Shown here in pieces: positions 1-9,961 of a DNA stretch of 64,000 bases. The stretch comes from an uncultured Gammaproteobacteria bacterium (GTDB lineage: Bacteria > Patescibacteriota > Microgenomatia > UBA1406 > GWC2-37-13), in NCBI GenBank assembly GCA_964484325.1, contig CAZAEE010000006.1, positions 1,932 to 65,931 of the forward strand. The letters are read 5' to 3'. The notes beneath the pieces were generated by a model. That model made no database searches. It had not been told where the DNA came from and saw only the letters and a list, made by a program, of their open reading frames with translations. The translations under genes were made by a program, and so were the position numbers. The stretch's first letter is position 1. The number at the start of each line of letters is the position of its first letter.

Positions 1-161
1 AGACCGTCACCGGCTATGGCACAGCCGACAAACTATCAGTTCAAAAGATGTTAACAACGTATTTGAAGCAGGATCTTTCACAGTTAAAAGACGATGAGAC
101 CGACGCCATAGCCTGCGGGTTGACCTATTGCTTTATGAACGAAACATTACTTACCGCTTAA
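1..161 (+). CDS. ruvC: RuvC Holliday-junction endonuclease, C-terminal ~52 codons (gene begins upstream of window)
   Basis: Frame from nt 3 reads TVTGYGTADKLSVQKMLTTYLKQDLSQLKDDETDAIACGLTYCF... with TAA at 159-161. The G-x-G-x-A-x-K-x-x-V ... D-x-x-DA-x-A pattern is typical of the RuvC C-terminus. Confidence 0.65.
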   Translation, partial: TVTGYGTADKLSVQKMLTTYLKQDLSQLKDDETDAIACGLTYCFMNETLLTA

Positions 162-166
162 CTTGT

Positions 167-1801
167 ATGAAAAAAGTTATACTGATTGTTCTTGACGGCT
201 TCGGCTTAGCGCCTCCTGGCCCGGGAAACGCTGTCTACTTGGCTAATCCGACGAACTTTAACTCATATATCTATACATACCCCAACACTACCTTAAAAGC
301 TTCAGGAGAAGCTGTTGGACTGCCGACTGGTGAAGTTGGTAACACCGAGGTCGGTCATCTCAACTTGGGAGCCGGCAGGGTGGTCTATCAGGACTTGCCG
401 CGCATTAATATGAGTATCGCCGATGGTTCATTTTATAAAAACCCGACGTTAAATCAAGCGATTGAATATGTCAAAAAAAGTGGCGGCAACCTACACCTTT
501 TGGGACTAATTGGGGAGGGGAGTGTTCACTCCACCAATGATCACCTCTATGCACTTCTCCACTTCGCCAAGGAACAACTAATTCCCCGTGTTTATATCCA
601 TGCGATAACCGACGGCAGGGACTCACCGCCTCAATCAGCTGCCGAAACGATCAAACAAGTTCAGGAACAGATGAAGCAAATTGGTATTGGGGAAATAGTT
701 TCAGTGACAGGCCGCTACTATGCTATGGATCGAGACTACCGGTGGGAGAGGACAGAAAGTGCCTATCGTGCCTATACACAAGGAATTGGGAAGCATAGTC
801 TTTCTGCGATTGATGCGATAAAAGAATCATATAAAGAGAACAAAAACGACGAGTTTATTGAACCGACGCTGATTGTGTCAGATGGTTCTGAACCTAAAGT
901 GATGAAGTCTGGGGATGCAGTTATCTTTTTCAACTTTCGTATCGACCGTCCCCGCCAACTGACAAAAGCGTTTGTGCTTGATAACTTTGAAAGTGAAGCC
1001 AACAGGACTGAGTCGTTTGATCCCTACGCTGTCAAGTACTTTAAAACCCATCTGCCTCAAGAACAAGTCCAAGTTACCCTGCCTTTCCAACGTGGACCAA
1101 AAATAAAGGATCTGTTATTTGTCACGATGACTGAGTATGAAAAGCATCTACCTGTAGCCGTCGCTTTTCCACCGGTCGTTGTCAGGCTCCCGCTCGGGCG
1201 GGTGATTGCTGCCCAAGGCATTTCTCAGCTTCGCATGAGTGAATCGGAGAAGGAGCGCTTTGTGACATTCTACTTTAATGGGCAACAAGAACAGGCATTC
1301 GAAAACGAAGATCGCCTGATTACTCCTTCACCAAAAATACCCACCTACGACCTGAAACCGGAAATGTCAGCATACGAACAAACAACTACTCTTCTTCAAA
1401 AAATGTCTGATGATACCTATTCCTTTATCCTGATAAACTACGCTAACCCGGATATGGTTGGTCATACTGGTAATATCGAAGCGTCTATTAAAGCAGTGAA
1501 AGTGACTGACGAATGTATCGGTAAAATAGTCAACTCTGCCCTAAATCTGGACTACGCGGTGTTTATCACCGCCGATCATGGCAATGTCGAGCAGAAAATC
1601 AACCCTCAAACAGGTCAAATATCCACAGAGCATACCTCAAATCCGGTTCCGTTTATCGCAATTCATAACGAGTTTCAGGGTAAAATGAGTCGATTGCAAA
1701 CTGGTATACTTGCTGACGTCGCACCCACCATCCTGGCTTATCTTGGCATACCTAAACCAGCCGACATGACAGGCCGAAATTTGCTTGAAGAAATTCAGTA
1801 A
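167..1801 (+). CDS. gpmI: 2,3-bisphosphoglycerate-independent phosphoglycerate mutase
   Basis: MKKVILIVLDGFG...NTEVGHLNLGAGRVVYQDL...ADHGN motifs and length ~545 aa. ATG at 167 preferred over the ORF-track start at 128. Confidence 0.93.
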   Translation: MKKVILIVLDGFGLAPPGPGNAVYLANPTNFNSYIYTYPNTTLKASGEAVGLPTGEVGNTEVGHLNLGAGRVVYQDLPRINMSIADGSFYKNPTLNQAIEYVKKSGGNLHLLGLIGEGSVHSTNDHLYALLHFAKEQLIPRVYIHAITDGRDSPPQSAAETIKQVQEQMKQIGIGEIVSVTGRYYAMDRDYRWERTESAYRAYTQGIGKHSLSAIDAIKESYKENKNDEFIEPTLIVSDGSEPKVMKSGDAVIFFNFRIDRPRQLTKAFVLDNFESEANRTESFDPYAVKYFKTHLPQEQVQVTLPFQRGPKIKDLLFVTMTEYEKHLPVAVAFPPVVVRLPLGRVIAAQGISQLRMSESEKERFVTFYFNGQQEQAFENEDRLITPSPKIPTYDLKPEMSAYEQTTTLLQKMSDDTYSFILINYANPDMVGHTGNIEASIKAVKVTDECIGKIVNSALNLDYAVFITADHGNVEQKINPQTGQISTEHTSNPVPFIAIHNEFQGKMSRLQTGILADVAPTILAYLGIPKPADMTGRNLLEEIQ

Positions 1802-2725
1802 TCAAGTTGCGCCAATTTTTGAGAGTGTTTTAGCTGCATACTGAGCCCCATGCTCCATAGCGTCAGATATGATCCCCTTTTTCAGGTATGAAGCAATAAA
1901 GCCTGCGGTATAGGCATCGCCTGCACCGGTACTGTCAATGATCACCGGAGGCTCAATGGCTACTTGGTAATACTGACCGTCCACCATATAGCCGTGGCTG
2001 CCGTGCTTGTCGAGGGTCACAATCAGCGCTTTAATGTTAAACAAACCCAGATGACCATATTGATTCATGTTGAAATTGATAGATTCAAATGGTTTTTTGA
2101 TGATATCGGCAAATTCATGGCCATTGACGATCAAAATGTCAGCGTACTGCAACAGTTCATGAAGCTGTTCCCGTGATCGACGGCAATCTTCACCGCCTAC
2201 GTTTAGGATAACCAGTTTCTCATGCTTCTTAAACCAGTGAAGTATCTCAATTTTTTCAGTTAAGCTTACATCGCTTAAGTTTCCAACATAGACTGCTTGC
2301 GTTCGAAGCAGAGCGATCTTCTCTTTTTCACTGGAAAAAATGTGTTGGTGGGGAGTACGGTAGTTAATAACGGTTTTTTCTCCTTTTGAAGACAGCAGGA
2401 TGCAAGAGATATTTTGGAAATTTTTCTCAAAATGGCTATATAAGTAAGAAATATGCTCGTTTTGCAGTTTCTCCTCGACCAATGTACGAAAGCCCGAGTC
2501 GCCAATGGTGGTTTTCAAACTGACATTAAGTCCCAGTCTTCTTGTTCCGATGGCTACATTGGTGGCTCCGCCGCCGAGACTTTCGTGAAAGTGTTCGGTG
2601 AAGTATTTGCCGCCCTGCACCAACTCGAATCGACCCTGTTTAGCAGTCAAATGCTCACTCTGAAAATAAAGATCGACTGTTAATGATCCAATAGAAACCA
2701 AGTCATACATACACTCAGTATACAA
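1802..2725 (-). CDS. PfkB-family carbohydrate/ribokinase-like kinase
   Basis: N-terminal GSLTVDL... and C-terminal DSTGAGDAYTAGF motif characteristic of the PfkB family. Its stop abuts the gpmI stop (1801/1802). Confidence 0.85.
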   Translation of the reverse strand: MYTECMYDLVSIGSLTVDLYFQSEHLTAKQGRFELVQGGKYFTEHFHESLGGGATNVAIGTRRLGLNVSLKTTIGDSGFRTLVEEKLQNEHISYLYSHFEKNFQNISCILLSSKGEKTVINYRTPHQHIFSSEKEKIALLRTQAVYVGNLSDVSLTEKIEILHWFKKHEKLVILNVGGEDCRRSREQLHELLQYADILIVNGHEFADIIKKPFESINFNMNQYGHLGLFNIKALIVTLDKHGSHGYMVDGQYYQVAIEPPVIIDSTGAGDAYTAGFIASYLKKGIISDAMEHGAQYAAKTLSKIGAT

Positions 2726-2935
2726 AAAAAGTGGAAAGCAACAATGAAAAATATGACGAAGATGGGCGATTTTTTCGTGCCGGCGGTGAGAAAAAATTGC
2801 ACCCTGACGCTCTATCTGCTAACAAAATACGAATACCTTATAGCAATTGCGCTTTTCCAAGGCTCTAGCTCTTTAGTTTCCTGATTAAAGGAGTCTTTTT
2901 TGATAATATTATGAATAGATTGTCCGAAGGCTCTT

Positions 2936-4345
2936 TTACTTCTTTTTCCCACCCATAGCAATCACTTTTTGGCTAATCTCGGCAAACTTTTCGTTCACTA
3001 ATGCCTCACTTTCACCCTCAACATTGACCCGCAAAATAGGTTCGTTCTCCGTATTGGATTGGCGCACGTTGAAACGCCATTGAGGATAGTCGACCGACAG
3101 CCCATCGTCTTTATAGACGCGTCCGTTAGCAAACAATTTTTCAAGTGCTAACAGGGTAGTTGCAGGGTCAGCGGGTGGTGAGATGACGAAGTTCTTCTCT
3201 TCATGTTCGTACGAACGTTTATATTTGGCAGCGAGGACAGAAACTGGTTGACCGCTTCGACTCATTGCGTCCAGTACATGCAGTATGACGCGTAAGGAAC
3301 TTTCCGCTCCACCAGTCTCTTTGAAGAAAAAGTGACCGGACGACTCACCGGCAAAGTCTGAACCAGTTTCATTAAGCTGTTTGCTTATGTGTGAGTGACC
3401 AACAATACTCATATGAAACGTGCCACCGAGCTCTTTACAGACTTCCTCAACGTTTCGGACATCACGGATATCGGCAATAATCCCGGCTCCCGGGTGTTTT
3501 TCGAGGATCCGGTGAGCAATAAGTGTCGTAATAGAAGTAGCTTTAATCACCTCACCTTTCTCATCGATGAAAAAAATCCGGTCACCATCACCGTCAGGCG
3601 CGATCCCCAGATCAGCTTTTTCGGCTAGGACTCGCTCACGCAGTCCCTTCAAGTTCTCAAAAACCAATGGATCTGGTTGGTGGACGGGAAAAGTCCCATC
3701 AAGCTCAAAGTTCATCTGAATAAGTTCACAGGGAAGATGTTTAAAGAGTTCAGTGAGGAAAAGACTCCCCATGGCGTTAGCTGGATCAGCCACGACCTTA
3801 AACGGCTTTATACGGGCAAAATCAACTATCTTGAGGGCGGACTGTACTTCATCCTGAAGCACATGATCGTTTTTAACCACGGTACCTCCAGACTTAGGTC
3901 CTGGAAACTGTTGATTTTCGACTAATTCTTTAATCCTCTCCATGCCTGAACCCTTAGCCACCTTTACGAGGCCATCTCCTTCACGCCTGGCGAACTTGAC
4001 CCCGGTATACTCTTTTGGATTGTGGGAGGCACTGATTTGGATGCCACAGTCATAATCATAGGCATAGCAGGCATAGTAAAAGGTTGGCGTCGAGGCTAAA
4101 TCGATGTCAACCACAGTTGCCCCCATCTCAACAAGCGTTTTTATTGCCACTTTCTGAAGTGCAGGTCCCGACAGCCTCATATCGAGCCCAACCACGATCG
4201 TCAGAGACTCTTTTTTGAGTTGTTCAAGAAAAAAGGTGTAAATAGCCTTAATAATTACTGGGTATGTATCCTCATTGATTTGGGTTGGATAGACGCCCCG
4301 AATGTCATACGACTTAAAAATAGACGAATCCATGTTCATAAGCAT
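2936..4345 (-). CDS. Phosphomannomutase/phosphoglucomutase (alpha-D-phosphohexomutase)
   Basis: FKSYDIRGVYP, active-site SASHNP, metal loop PDGDGDR, sugar loop GESSGH. The start may be the ATG at 4333 (MDSS...). Confidence 0.9.
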   Translation of the reverse strand: MLMNMDSSIFKSYDIRGVYPTQINEDTYPVIIKAIYTFFLEQLKKESLTIVVGLDMRLSGPALQKVAIKTLVEMGATVVDIDLASTPTFYYACYAYDYDCGIQISASHNPKEYTGVKFARREGDGLVKVAKGSGMERIKELVENQQFPGPKSGGTVVKNDHVLQDEVQSALKIVDFARIKPFKVVADPANAMGSLFLTELFKHLPCELIQMNFELDGTFPVHQPDPLVFENLKGLRERVLAEKADLGIAPDGDGDRIFFIDEKGEVIKATSITTLIAHRILEKHPGAGIIADIRDVRNVEEVCKELGGTFHMSIVGHSHISKQLNETGSDFAGESSGHFFFKETGGAESSLRVILHVLDAMSRSGQPVSVLAAKYKRSYEHEEKNFVISPPADPATTLLALEKLFANGRVYKDDGLSVDYPQWRFNVRQSNTENEPILRVNVEGESEALVNEKFAEISQKVIAMGGKKK

Positions 4346-4476
4346 TAATGAATTTAGAGTGATAAATATCAGTGAATCAGTTTTTGGACTGTTATATCAA
4401 GCTAAATTAAATTTTTAAATAATTAGCGCTGAGAATTTTACTAAACTTTTGAAATTTGTCAAATTTTAAACTTCAC

Positions 4477-4504
4477 TTGACAAATTATTAACATAATCTA
4501 TAAT
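4477..4504 (+). promoter_or_regulatory. Orphan consensus sigma70-type promoter (TTGACA-N16-TATAAT) pointing into the 3-prime end of a minus-strand gene
   Basis: TTGACA 4477-4482 and TATAAT 4499-4504. No plus-strand CDS lies downstream until 5355. Confidence 0.5.
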
Positions 4505-4625
4505 TCGCGACTCTGATGTTTTTATATTCCGCTTTGGATTGTCCTGACAGCCTAAAATAATTTATCTTCAAATTAGCAGACAATTACATAGTTTGCTAAA
4601 TAAGTATTTAGCCTGTCATATACCC

Positions 4626-5312
4626 TTATCTTAGATAAAAACAGGCGATAATGTCAAGAGATTGTTGCACGCCAAGAGTATCTTTGCCGCTTTTCACATT
4701 TTGGTCTAACCGCCCAAGACTTTCATAGAAAGCTATTATGGCACTTTCCTGCCACTTCGCCGACTGCTCGTATAATTTAGCCCGTTGCCAGGACGGGACG
4801 GAAGAGGGTAAGCTGTTCTGAGAGGCGAGTATCAGTTGTCTTACATGTTTGCTAAGCATGGCAAAAACAAACTCCGGCTCAACCGACTGACTCACCTGTC
4901 GGAACAACTGAATAAACTGGGCCAAACTTCCGGGATAACAGAGATCAAGTAACTTAAAAATACTCGCTGGTAGCTTGAACTCCGTAATCTGAGCCTCTTT
5001 GAGGCTAATTTCTCTGGCAGTCTTGTGACTTTCCCAGTCAAGGATGGTTAGTTTGTTGTTTTGGGCCACGTCTTTCAGCTGTGTACGAAGTATGGTCGAG
5101 GTCCGATTCAAACTGCGGGTGATGTTTTCAATCGCGTAGACTTTTTTCTCATTAAAAAGCGTTACCGTGCCTAAGTCTTCCTTAAGTGTATCGGCTAAAA
5201 GGGAAGATGAAAGCGGCGCTATATAAAACCCTTGCTTCTTGTACCTGTCCTGGAGCTCGAGAAAGTACCTGCGTGAGGCGGCTGTATCGTCACCGCATAC
5301 GATTACCAACAT
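4626..5312 (-). CDS. Hypothetical protein, possibly a short DNA polymerase III delta (HolA-like)
   Basis: N-terminus MLVIVCGDDTAASRRYFLELQ... resembles HolA N-termini. Only 228 aa; weak motif-level call. Confidence 0.4.
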   Translation of the reverse strand: MLVIVCGDDTAASRRYFLELQDRYKKQGFYIAPLSSSLLADTLKEDLGTVTLFNEKKVYAIENITRSLNRTSTILRTQLKDVAQNNKLTILDWESHKTAREISLKEAQITEFKLPASIFKLLDLCYPGSLAQFIQLFRQVSQSVEPEFVFAMLSKHVRQLILASQNSLPSSVPSWQRAKLYEQSAKWQESAIIAFYESLGRLDQNVKSGKDTLGVQQSLDIIACFYLR

Positions 5313-5354
5313 GCTCTATTGTATCATATGGGTAATTTCGCTATAATCAGACTC

Positions 5355-7010
5355 ATGTCTGACTCCAGCTCGCCCGCGCACCCGATAACCTCACGCGTGC
5401 CGATCGAAGTACCCGAAACCATAAAGCTATCTGACTACACGAAAGCTCTCCTTGCGAGCTTGAGATCAGTGAAACAGAGACCGTTGCCTGATGACCTCTC
5501 CCGCATCACCGTCTCACAAACTGTCTCGTTTCTGGCTATTATGTATGAGCGCTTGCGCAACGTCGTTGAGTACCGAGAAGAGCACCTCGTTCGCCGAGCA
5601 GCGATTGAGCGTATCATTAAACGACGTCTCACCTTAAACCCTCAAGGCACAGATGAGGCCGAAAATCTCATTCGCGAGCTCCTATGGGCTCGCTATTTTC
5701 CAAACGGCAGCCTCGGCGGTGGGGACATTCATCAAATCCAAAAGGTGCTCGACAAGTATCTATTGGTGAAAAAGCATCTTCTGGCTGGTCATAAACCTGA
5801 GTATCAACAGTATTTGTGGCAGTTTCTTCTTGATCTGTTAACATGTGAAATCGAGGAGACTCTCACCCCAGTCGAGTCCAACCGTGACGCCAGCTTCACC
5901 TACTTTATTTACCAGACGCTTCGCCACAAAATCAAGATAGAAGGTCTCTCAGATGATCAAAAAGATACGTTTTTTCTCGTGGCGATTGAGAAGGCGTTTC
6001 GCAAGAGTGACCGGCCCTACCAGCGATTTCACCTGTTTACGACATTTTATAAATCACTCTCTCAGGACACCGATGACGAAATCAAGGCTCGGGCGGTTGA
6101 TTTACCCACCATTTTTAAAAAAATCGATCAGCTAATAAACAGCTTTTACGTTGAAAAGTTGAGTAAATACACCCGTAAACAGCTCCCTCCATTTCTCGTG
6201 CTTTTTAACATCTTGACTACAAAAAAAAATCACATGGAGGCTATTTTGGCTTCCGCGAGCACGCTGTGGGCTAATGTTGTGGAAACGTGTCGGGTAAAAT
6301 ATGCGCAGGTAGGTAGCCGGCTCCGTACTTTGGCTATCCGCAGTCTCATTTACATCTTTCTGACAAAGATGCTCTTTGTCCTTTTGATTGAGTACCCTAT
6401 TTCACAATATTTGTACGGGAGCGTCCATATGCCCTCCATTATTATAAACAGTATTTTTCCACCCTTTCTTATGCTCTTGATAGTGCTCTTATTTAGGCTG
6501 CCGGATGAGGAAAATACCAAGCGTATCTACCAGCGGATCGTGAACATCATTGATGCAGATAAATCATACGAGACGCAGATAGCCTATATGAGTAAACGCG
6601 AAAGAACCAGACGTCCCGTGCTCGTTTTCGGCTTTACGATTGTCTACTCTTTTACCTTTCTTGTTACCTTGTTTCTCATTTATCAAATTCTAACATTCCT
6701 TCACTTCAACATCATCAGTCAAATTATTTTTATCTTCTTTGTCAGCGTGGTATCTTTCTTCTCCTATCGTGTACGAGACGTAGTCAACGAGTACCGGTTG
6801 ATCGAGAAGCAGAGTATTCTGGGCCCGGTAATCGACTTTTTCTTCATTCCCATGCTAGCAATTGGCAAATTTTTGAGCTCAGAAGTCGCCCGGTTCAACT
6901 TTTTCATCCTCATCTTTGACTTTATTATTGAAGCACCTTACAAGCTGATTATCCAGATCATTGAGGAGTGGATCTCTTTTGTTAAGCAGCGCAAAGACGA
7001 GATCATCTAA
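5355..7010 (+). CDS. Hypothetical integral membrane protein (soluble N-terminal half, about six hydrophobic segments in the C-terminal half)
   Basis: Long ORF. TATAAT 5342-5347 lies 7 nt before ATG 5355. Hydrophobic helices run from ~aa 330 onward. Confidence 0.6.
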   Translation: MSDSSSPAHPITSRVPIEVPETIKLSDYTKALLASLRSVKQRPLPDDLSRITVSQTVSFLAIMYERLRNVVEYREEHLVRRAAIERIIKRRLTLNPQGTDEAENLIRELLWARYFPNGSLGGGDIHQIQKVLDKYLLVKKHLLAGHKPEYQQYLWQFLLDLLTCEIEETLTPVESNRDASFTYFIYQTLRHKIKIEGLSDDQKDTFFLVAIEKAFRKSDRPYQRFHLFTTFYKSLSQDTDDEIKARAVDLPTIFKKIDQLINSFYVEKLSKYTRKQLPPFLVLFNILTTKKNHMEAILASASTLWANVVETCRVKYAQVGSRLRTLAIRSLIYIFLTKMLFVLLIEYPISQYLYGSVHMPSIIINSIFPPFLMLLIVLLFRLPDEENTKRIYQRIVNIIDADKSYETQIAYMSKRERTRRPVLVFGFTIVYSFTFLVTLFLIYQILTFLHFNIISQIIFIFFVSVVSFFSYRVRDVVNEYRLIEKQSILGPVIDFFFIPMLAIGKFLSSEVARFNFFILIFDFIIEAPYKLIIQIIEEWISFVKQRKDEII

Positions 7011-8311
7011 ACTACGATATTGGCCGCTTCTTCTGTCTCTTTGATGAGGGGCCGTGACGTCTGGTGTTGGGGCAAATGAGGCTCGTAAAAGAAGAGGAAA
7101 ATGAAACCGCCTACGGTAACCACCATTGACGAGACAAAAATCGGCGTTTCAGGCGTCAATGATGAGGCGATGAATCCCGAAAGAATCGGCGGGATCGACT
7201 GAGCCAGAGCCTGCACGCTTGAGGAAATACCCAGCACTTCCCCTTGAACTGAAGCATCGGCTGACCGGCTAACAAGGGCAGTCATGTTAGCTATGGTCAA
7301 TCCAATACACACCGCAAAAATTGGCACAATAAAGAGATTTTGCCACCAGTGAGTCGGCAAAAAGTAAAGTAATGTAGTTATACCCAAACCCATGAGCGTA
7401 ATGCGAATGATTTTATACTCAGGAAACATATGAGACAGTTTACGGGTGACCAAAGCTTGAGTAACAACAACCCAAATTCCAATATAGGAGAAAAAATCTC
7501 CGAGATTGCCCTGCGTATAGTGGAACTTGTTTATCAAATAGACGCTAAAAAAGGTGTTAAAAAAAGTAAAACCCGAGTTAAACAGGAAACTTGTTAGAAA
7601 TATCACCCGTAACTTCTTCATTGTATAGGCATGACCAATATTCTGAACAGAGCGAATCCAGTCGATCTTCAGGTGGTCTCGAAATGTCTTCAGAGTCTCA
7701 GGAAAAAATAGAAGCACGCTCATCACGTTCAGGAAGCTAAGTAGTGCGGCAAACCAGAAGGGTGTTGAGGCACTAAACCATGAGACGACTGATGGATCAG
7801 ACAGCTTACCACCGACAAAAGGACCGATGATGAATCCTAAGCCAAACGCTGCACCTATCAAACCAAAGTTCTTTGCCCGGGTCTGGGGCGTGGTGACGTC
7901 GGCGACCGCCGCCTGAGCCACGGAAATGTTACCGCCGGTGATACCGTCAAAAGCACGAGCGACAAAAAGAAGCGGGATGTTTTTGGTGATGATACCGATT
8001 GCAAAAATAATGTAAGAAAGACAGGTACCGGCAAGCGAAAAAGCAAGCAGTCTCCGGCGGCCAAACTTGTCTGACAGTTGTCCTAATATTGGAGTTGCCA
8101 GAAACTGTCCAAGTGGGAAAGCTGCTGTCAAAAAACCTAGGAGAATGTAGCCTTGTTTTATGCTCACTCCACCAGGCAATAAATAGTCAGGGGAGTGAGG
8201 ATCAGCTAACAATAGAGGGATAATCGGCAGTAAAATACCGTACCCCAACATATCGACAAAAACTGTAAAAAAAACAACCCACAAGGGGTATTTTTGCATC
8301 AAACTACGCAT
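7007..8311 (-). CDS. MFS transporter (drug/H+ antiporter-like)
   Basis: 12-TM-like hydrophobicity and MFS motif A GQLSDKFGRRRLL. Its stop overlaps the stop of 5355-7010 (CTAA). Confidence 0.88.
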   Translation of the reverse strand: MRSLMQKYPLWVVFFTVFVDMLGYGILLPIIPLLLADPHSPDYLLPGGVSIKQGYILLGFLTAAFPLGQFLATPILGQLSDKFGRRRLLAFSLAGTCLSYIIFAIGIITKNIPLLFVARAFDGITGGNISVAQAAVADVTTPQTRAKNFGLIGAAFGLGFIIGPFVGGKLSDPSVVSWFSASTPFWFAALLSFLNVMSVLLFFPETLKTFRDHLKIDWIRSVQNIGHAYTMKKLRVIFLTSFLFNSGFTFFNTFFSVYLINKFHYTQGNLGDFFSYIGIWVVVTQALVTRKLSHMFPEYKIIRITLMGLGITTLLYFLPTHWWQNLFIVPIFAVCIGLTIANMTALVSRSADASVQGEVLGISSSVQALAQSIPPILSGFIASSLTPETPIFVSSMVVTVGGFIFLFFYEPHLPQHQTSRPLIKETEEAANIVV

Positions 8312-9016
8312 ACTCTAAAATTATAGCAGAAATATGTACCTGGTACTATTGAAAATGATAATCGTTTGTTCAACTTATTTGGTCAAAAAAACAAAAGCTG
8401 GTTATAAGGTACTTAGATACAATAAATGACTACGGAGAAAAATCTTATTGTACTATAGGGTAGCGACATGGAGCTATCTTTATTGACAAGTTTAGTAAGA
8501 TGCCTTGACTACACTCACTGGTGTAGGATTTCGACATGTGAGAAAGTGACTTATGACAAGACGGGACTCGGAACTTTTTCAAAGTATGTAGCTAAAGAAT
8601 ATTTATAGCACTCTATTGTCATTAGTGCTAATCAAGGAGTCGCAAAGTGTCGTGTCGTCTTCACTGGCACTGTTACTTCTTATCACAATTTCAGTTAGTT
8701 TTCTCAGCGCGTTACGTACTGGACTTCTGTCAGTATCGAAAGCAGCAGAGATACTTAAGAAAAAGTGCGGCACAAGGGTGATAAACATTTTAAAAGAATT
8801 ATTATGACCTATAGTATATATAATAATGTTTGATCGGACATGTTTACAAGTTTGTTTCATTGGAAAGATTGTTATAGCAGTCAAATTAAGTATGTCTTGT
8901 TAATTTAGCCCTTTAGCAGGCTCTATTCGTATTTGCTAGCTAAAGTATTTATCAACTTTAGACTGTCGCAACAGCTCAAATATAAATATATTTAAGAAAA
9001 GTCCACTATATTATTT

Positions 9017-9038
9017 GTATGTATTTAGTATGTATTTA
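9017..9038. repeat. Perfect tandem 11-mer (gtatgtattta x2) followed by the 12-nt palindrome gtatttaaatac (9032-9043)
   Basis: Read directly from the sequence. Confidence 0.8.
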
Positions 9039-9652
9039 AATACACGTTCGTTAACATTAAGATTGTTACATCAATCTAAATCTTTATTCTAGCATTTCGG
9101 CATTTATCTGCTAAATTTTGTCATTTTCTTATAGTTTTATTCATTCTTAAGGCGTCAACCTGCTACTAATCTTACATTGTCCTCATAACAAAGAAATAAG
9201 ATGCACTGAACATGGGTATTTTCCTTTCACGATTATCTGTTAAAATATAATACATTTTTTGGCAAAAATCACAACTATTCCTCAGCAGTTTAGACAGCAT
9301 GAATGCTCAAATACGTGATATTGCAACCTTCCATTTTACCAAAGACTTAGGAACATTAGATTTACCTTTTCACTCTTTCACTCAACGCATAGATCATTGT
9401 TGAAAAAATCTTTAACGAGCAGGAGAATAATTTGTAATTAAACGATGTGCTAAAAACATAAATAATAATTACTATAGACATACAATTACTTCAGGTTTAA
9501 AGATTATCAATAAAAACAGTTTAAAAAGGAAATTTGCATTTTATATAGAAAAATAGATATTGTTCAAAATATAAGAACATATTGATTTTTGACTGTTGCA
9601 ACACAAAAAAGATATTGTTGAATTTGGATAAAATTTTATTAACTTTTATATA

Positions 9653-9704
9653 TTCAATAATATTGAACAGTCATTTTATTTGTACTATTATATTCTGTTC
9701 AATA
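9653..9704. repeat. Palindrome ttcaataatattgaa (9653-9667) overlapping a perfect 10-nt inverted repeat tattgaacag/ctgttcaata (9661-9670 / 9695-9704, 24-nt spacer)
   Basis: Read directly. TTGAACA/TGTTCAA half-sites also occur at 9561-9579 (TGTTC-N9-GAACA), ~9616 and ~8368. Confidence 0.8.
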
Positions 9705-9923
9705 AATTATTTATGTAGCTAATTTGAGAAATATATAGCTTGTAAAAAATGAGAGGCGGATCAGCGAGGTATCTTTTCTGTCCAGGAAACAAGTGCGTCC
9801 AGGAGCTGTTTAATTTTGTCCAGCGTATGTAAATCTTTCAATTTCCCGTAAATTATTATTTCACATATAAAAGTATTGTATAAGTTAAATGTTAAATTAA
9901 TCTTGATTGCTTAGACGTAGTAC

Positions 9924-9952
9924 TTGACAAGTTTGCTTTTTTCTTCTATTCT
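9924..9952 (+). promoter_or_regulatory. Promoter of the GH44-like gene (TTGACA-N17-TATTCT), 9 nt before the ATG
   Basis: TTGACA 9924-9929, TATTCT 9947-9952, ATG 9962. Confidence 0.6.
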
Positions 9953-9961
9953 CATTTTTAT

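Larger units (their letters stand above)
8312..9923. other. 1.6-kb AT-rich non-coding gene desert containing palindromes and short repeats
   Basis: No ORF >93 aa; the only listed ORFs overlap each other. Example count: 9001-9060 has 14 G+C of 60. Confidence 0.7.

Noticed and set aside
8603-8884. ORFs 8603-8884 (minus, 93 aa) and 8616-8807 (plus, 63 aa, TTG start) inside the AT-rich desert
   Set aside because: They overlap each other on opposite strands. They have no promoter or start context like the real genes and no recognisable motifs. At most they are a pseudogene remnant.
8312-9923. Chromosomal replication origin in the AT-rich desert
   Set aside because: I see no cluster of DnaA boxes (TTATCCACA). 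The best match is a single 8/9 match, tttggataa, at 9623-9631. No dnaA or dnaN is adjacent.
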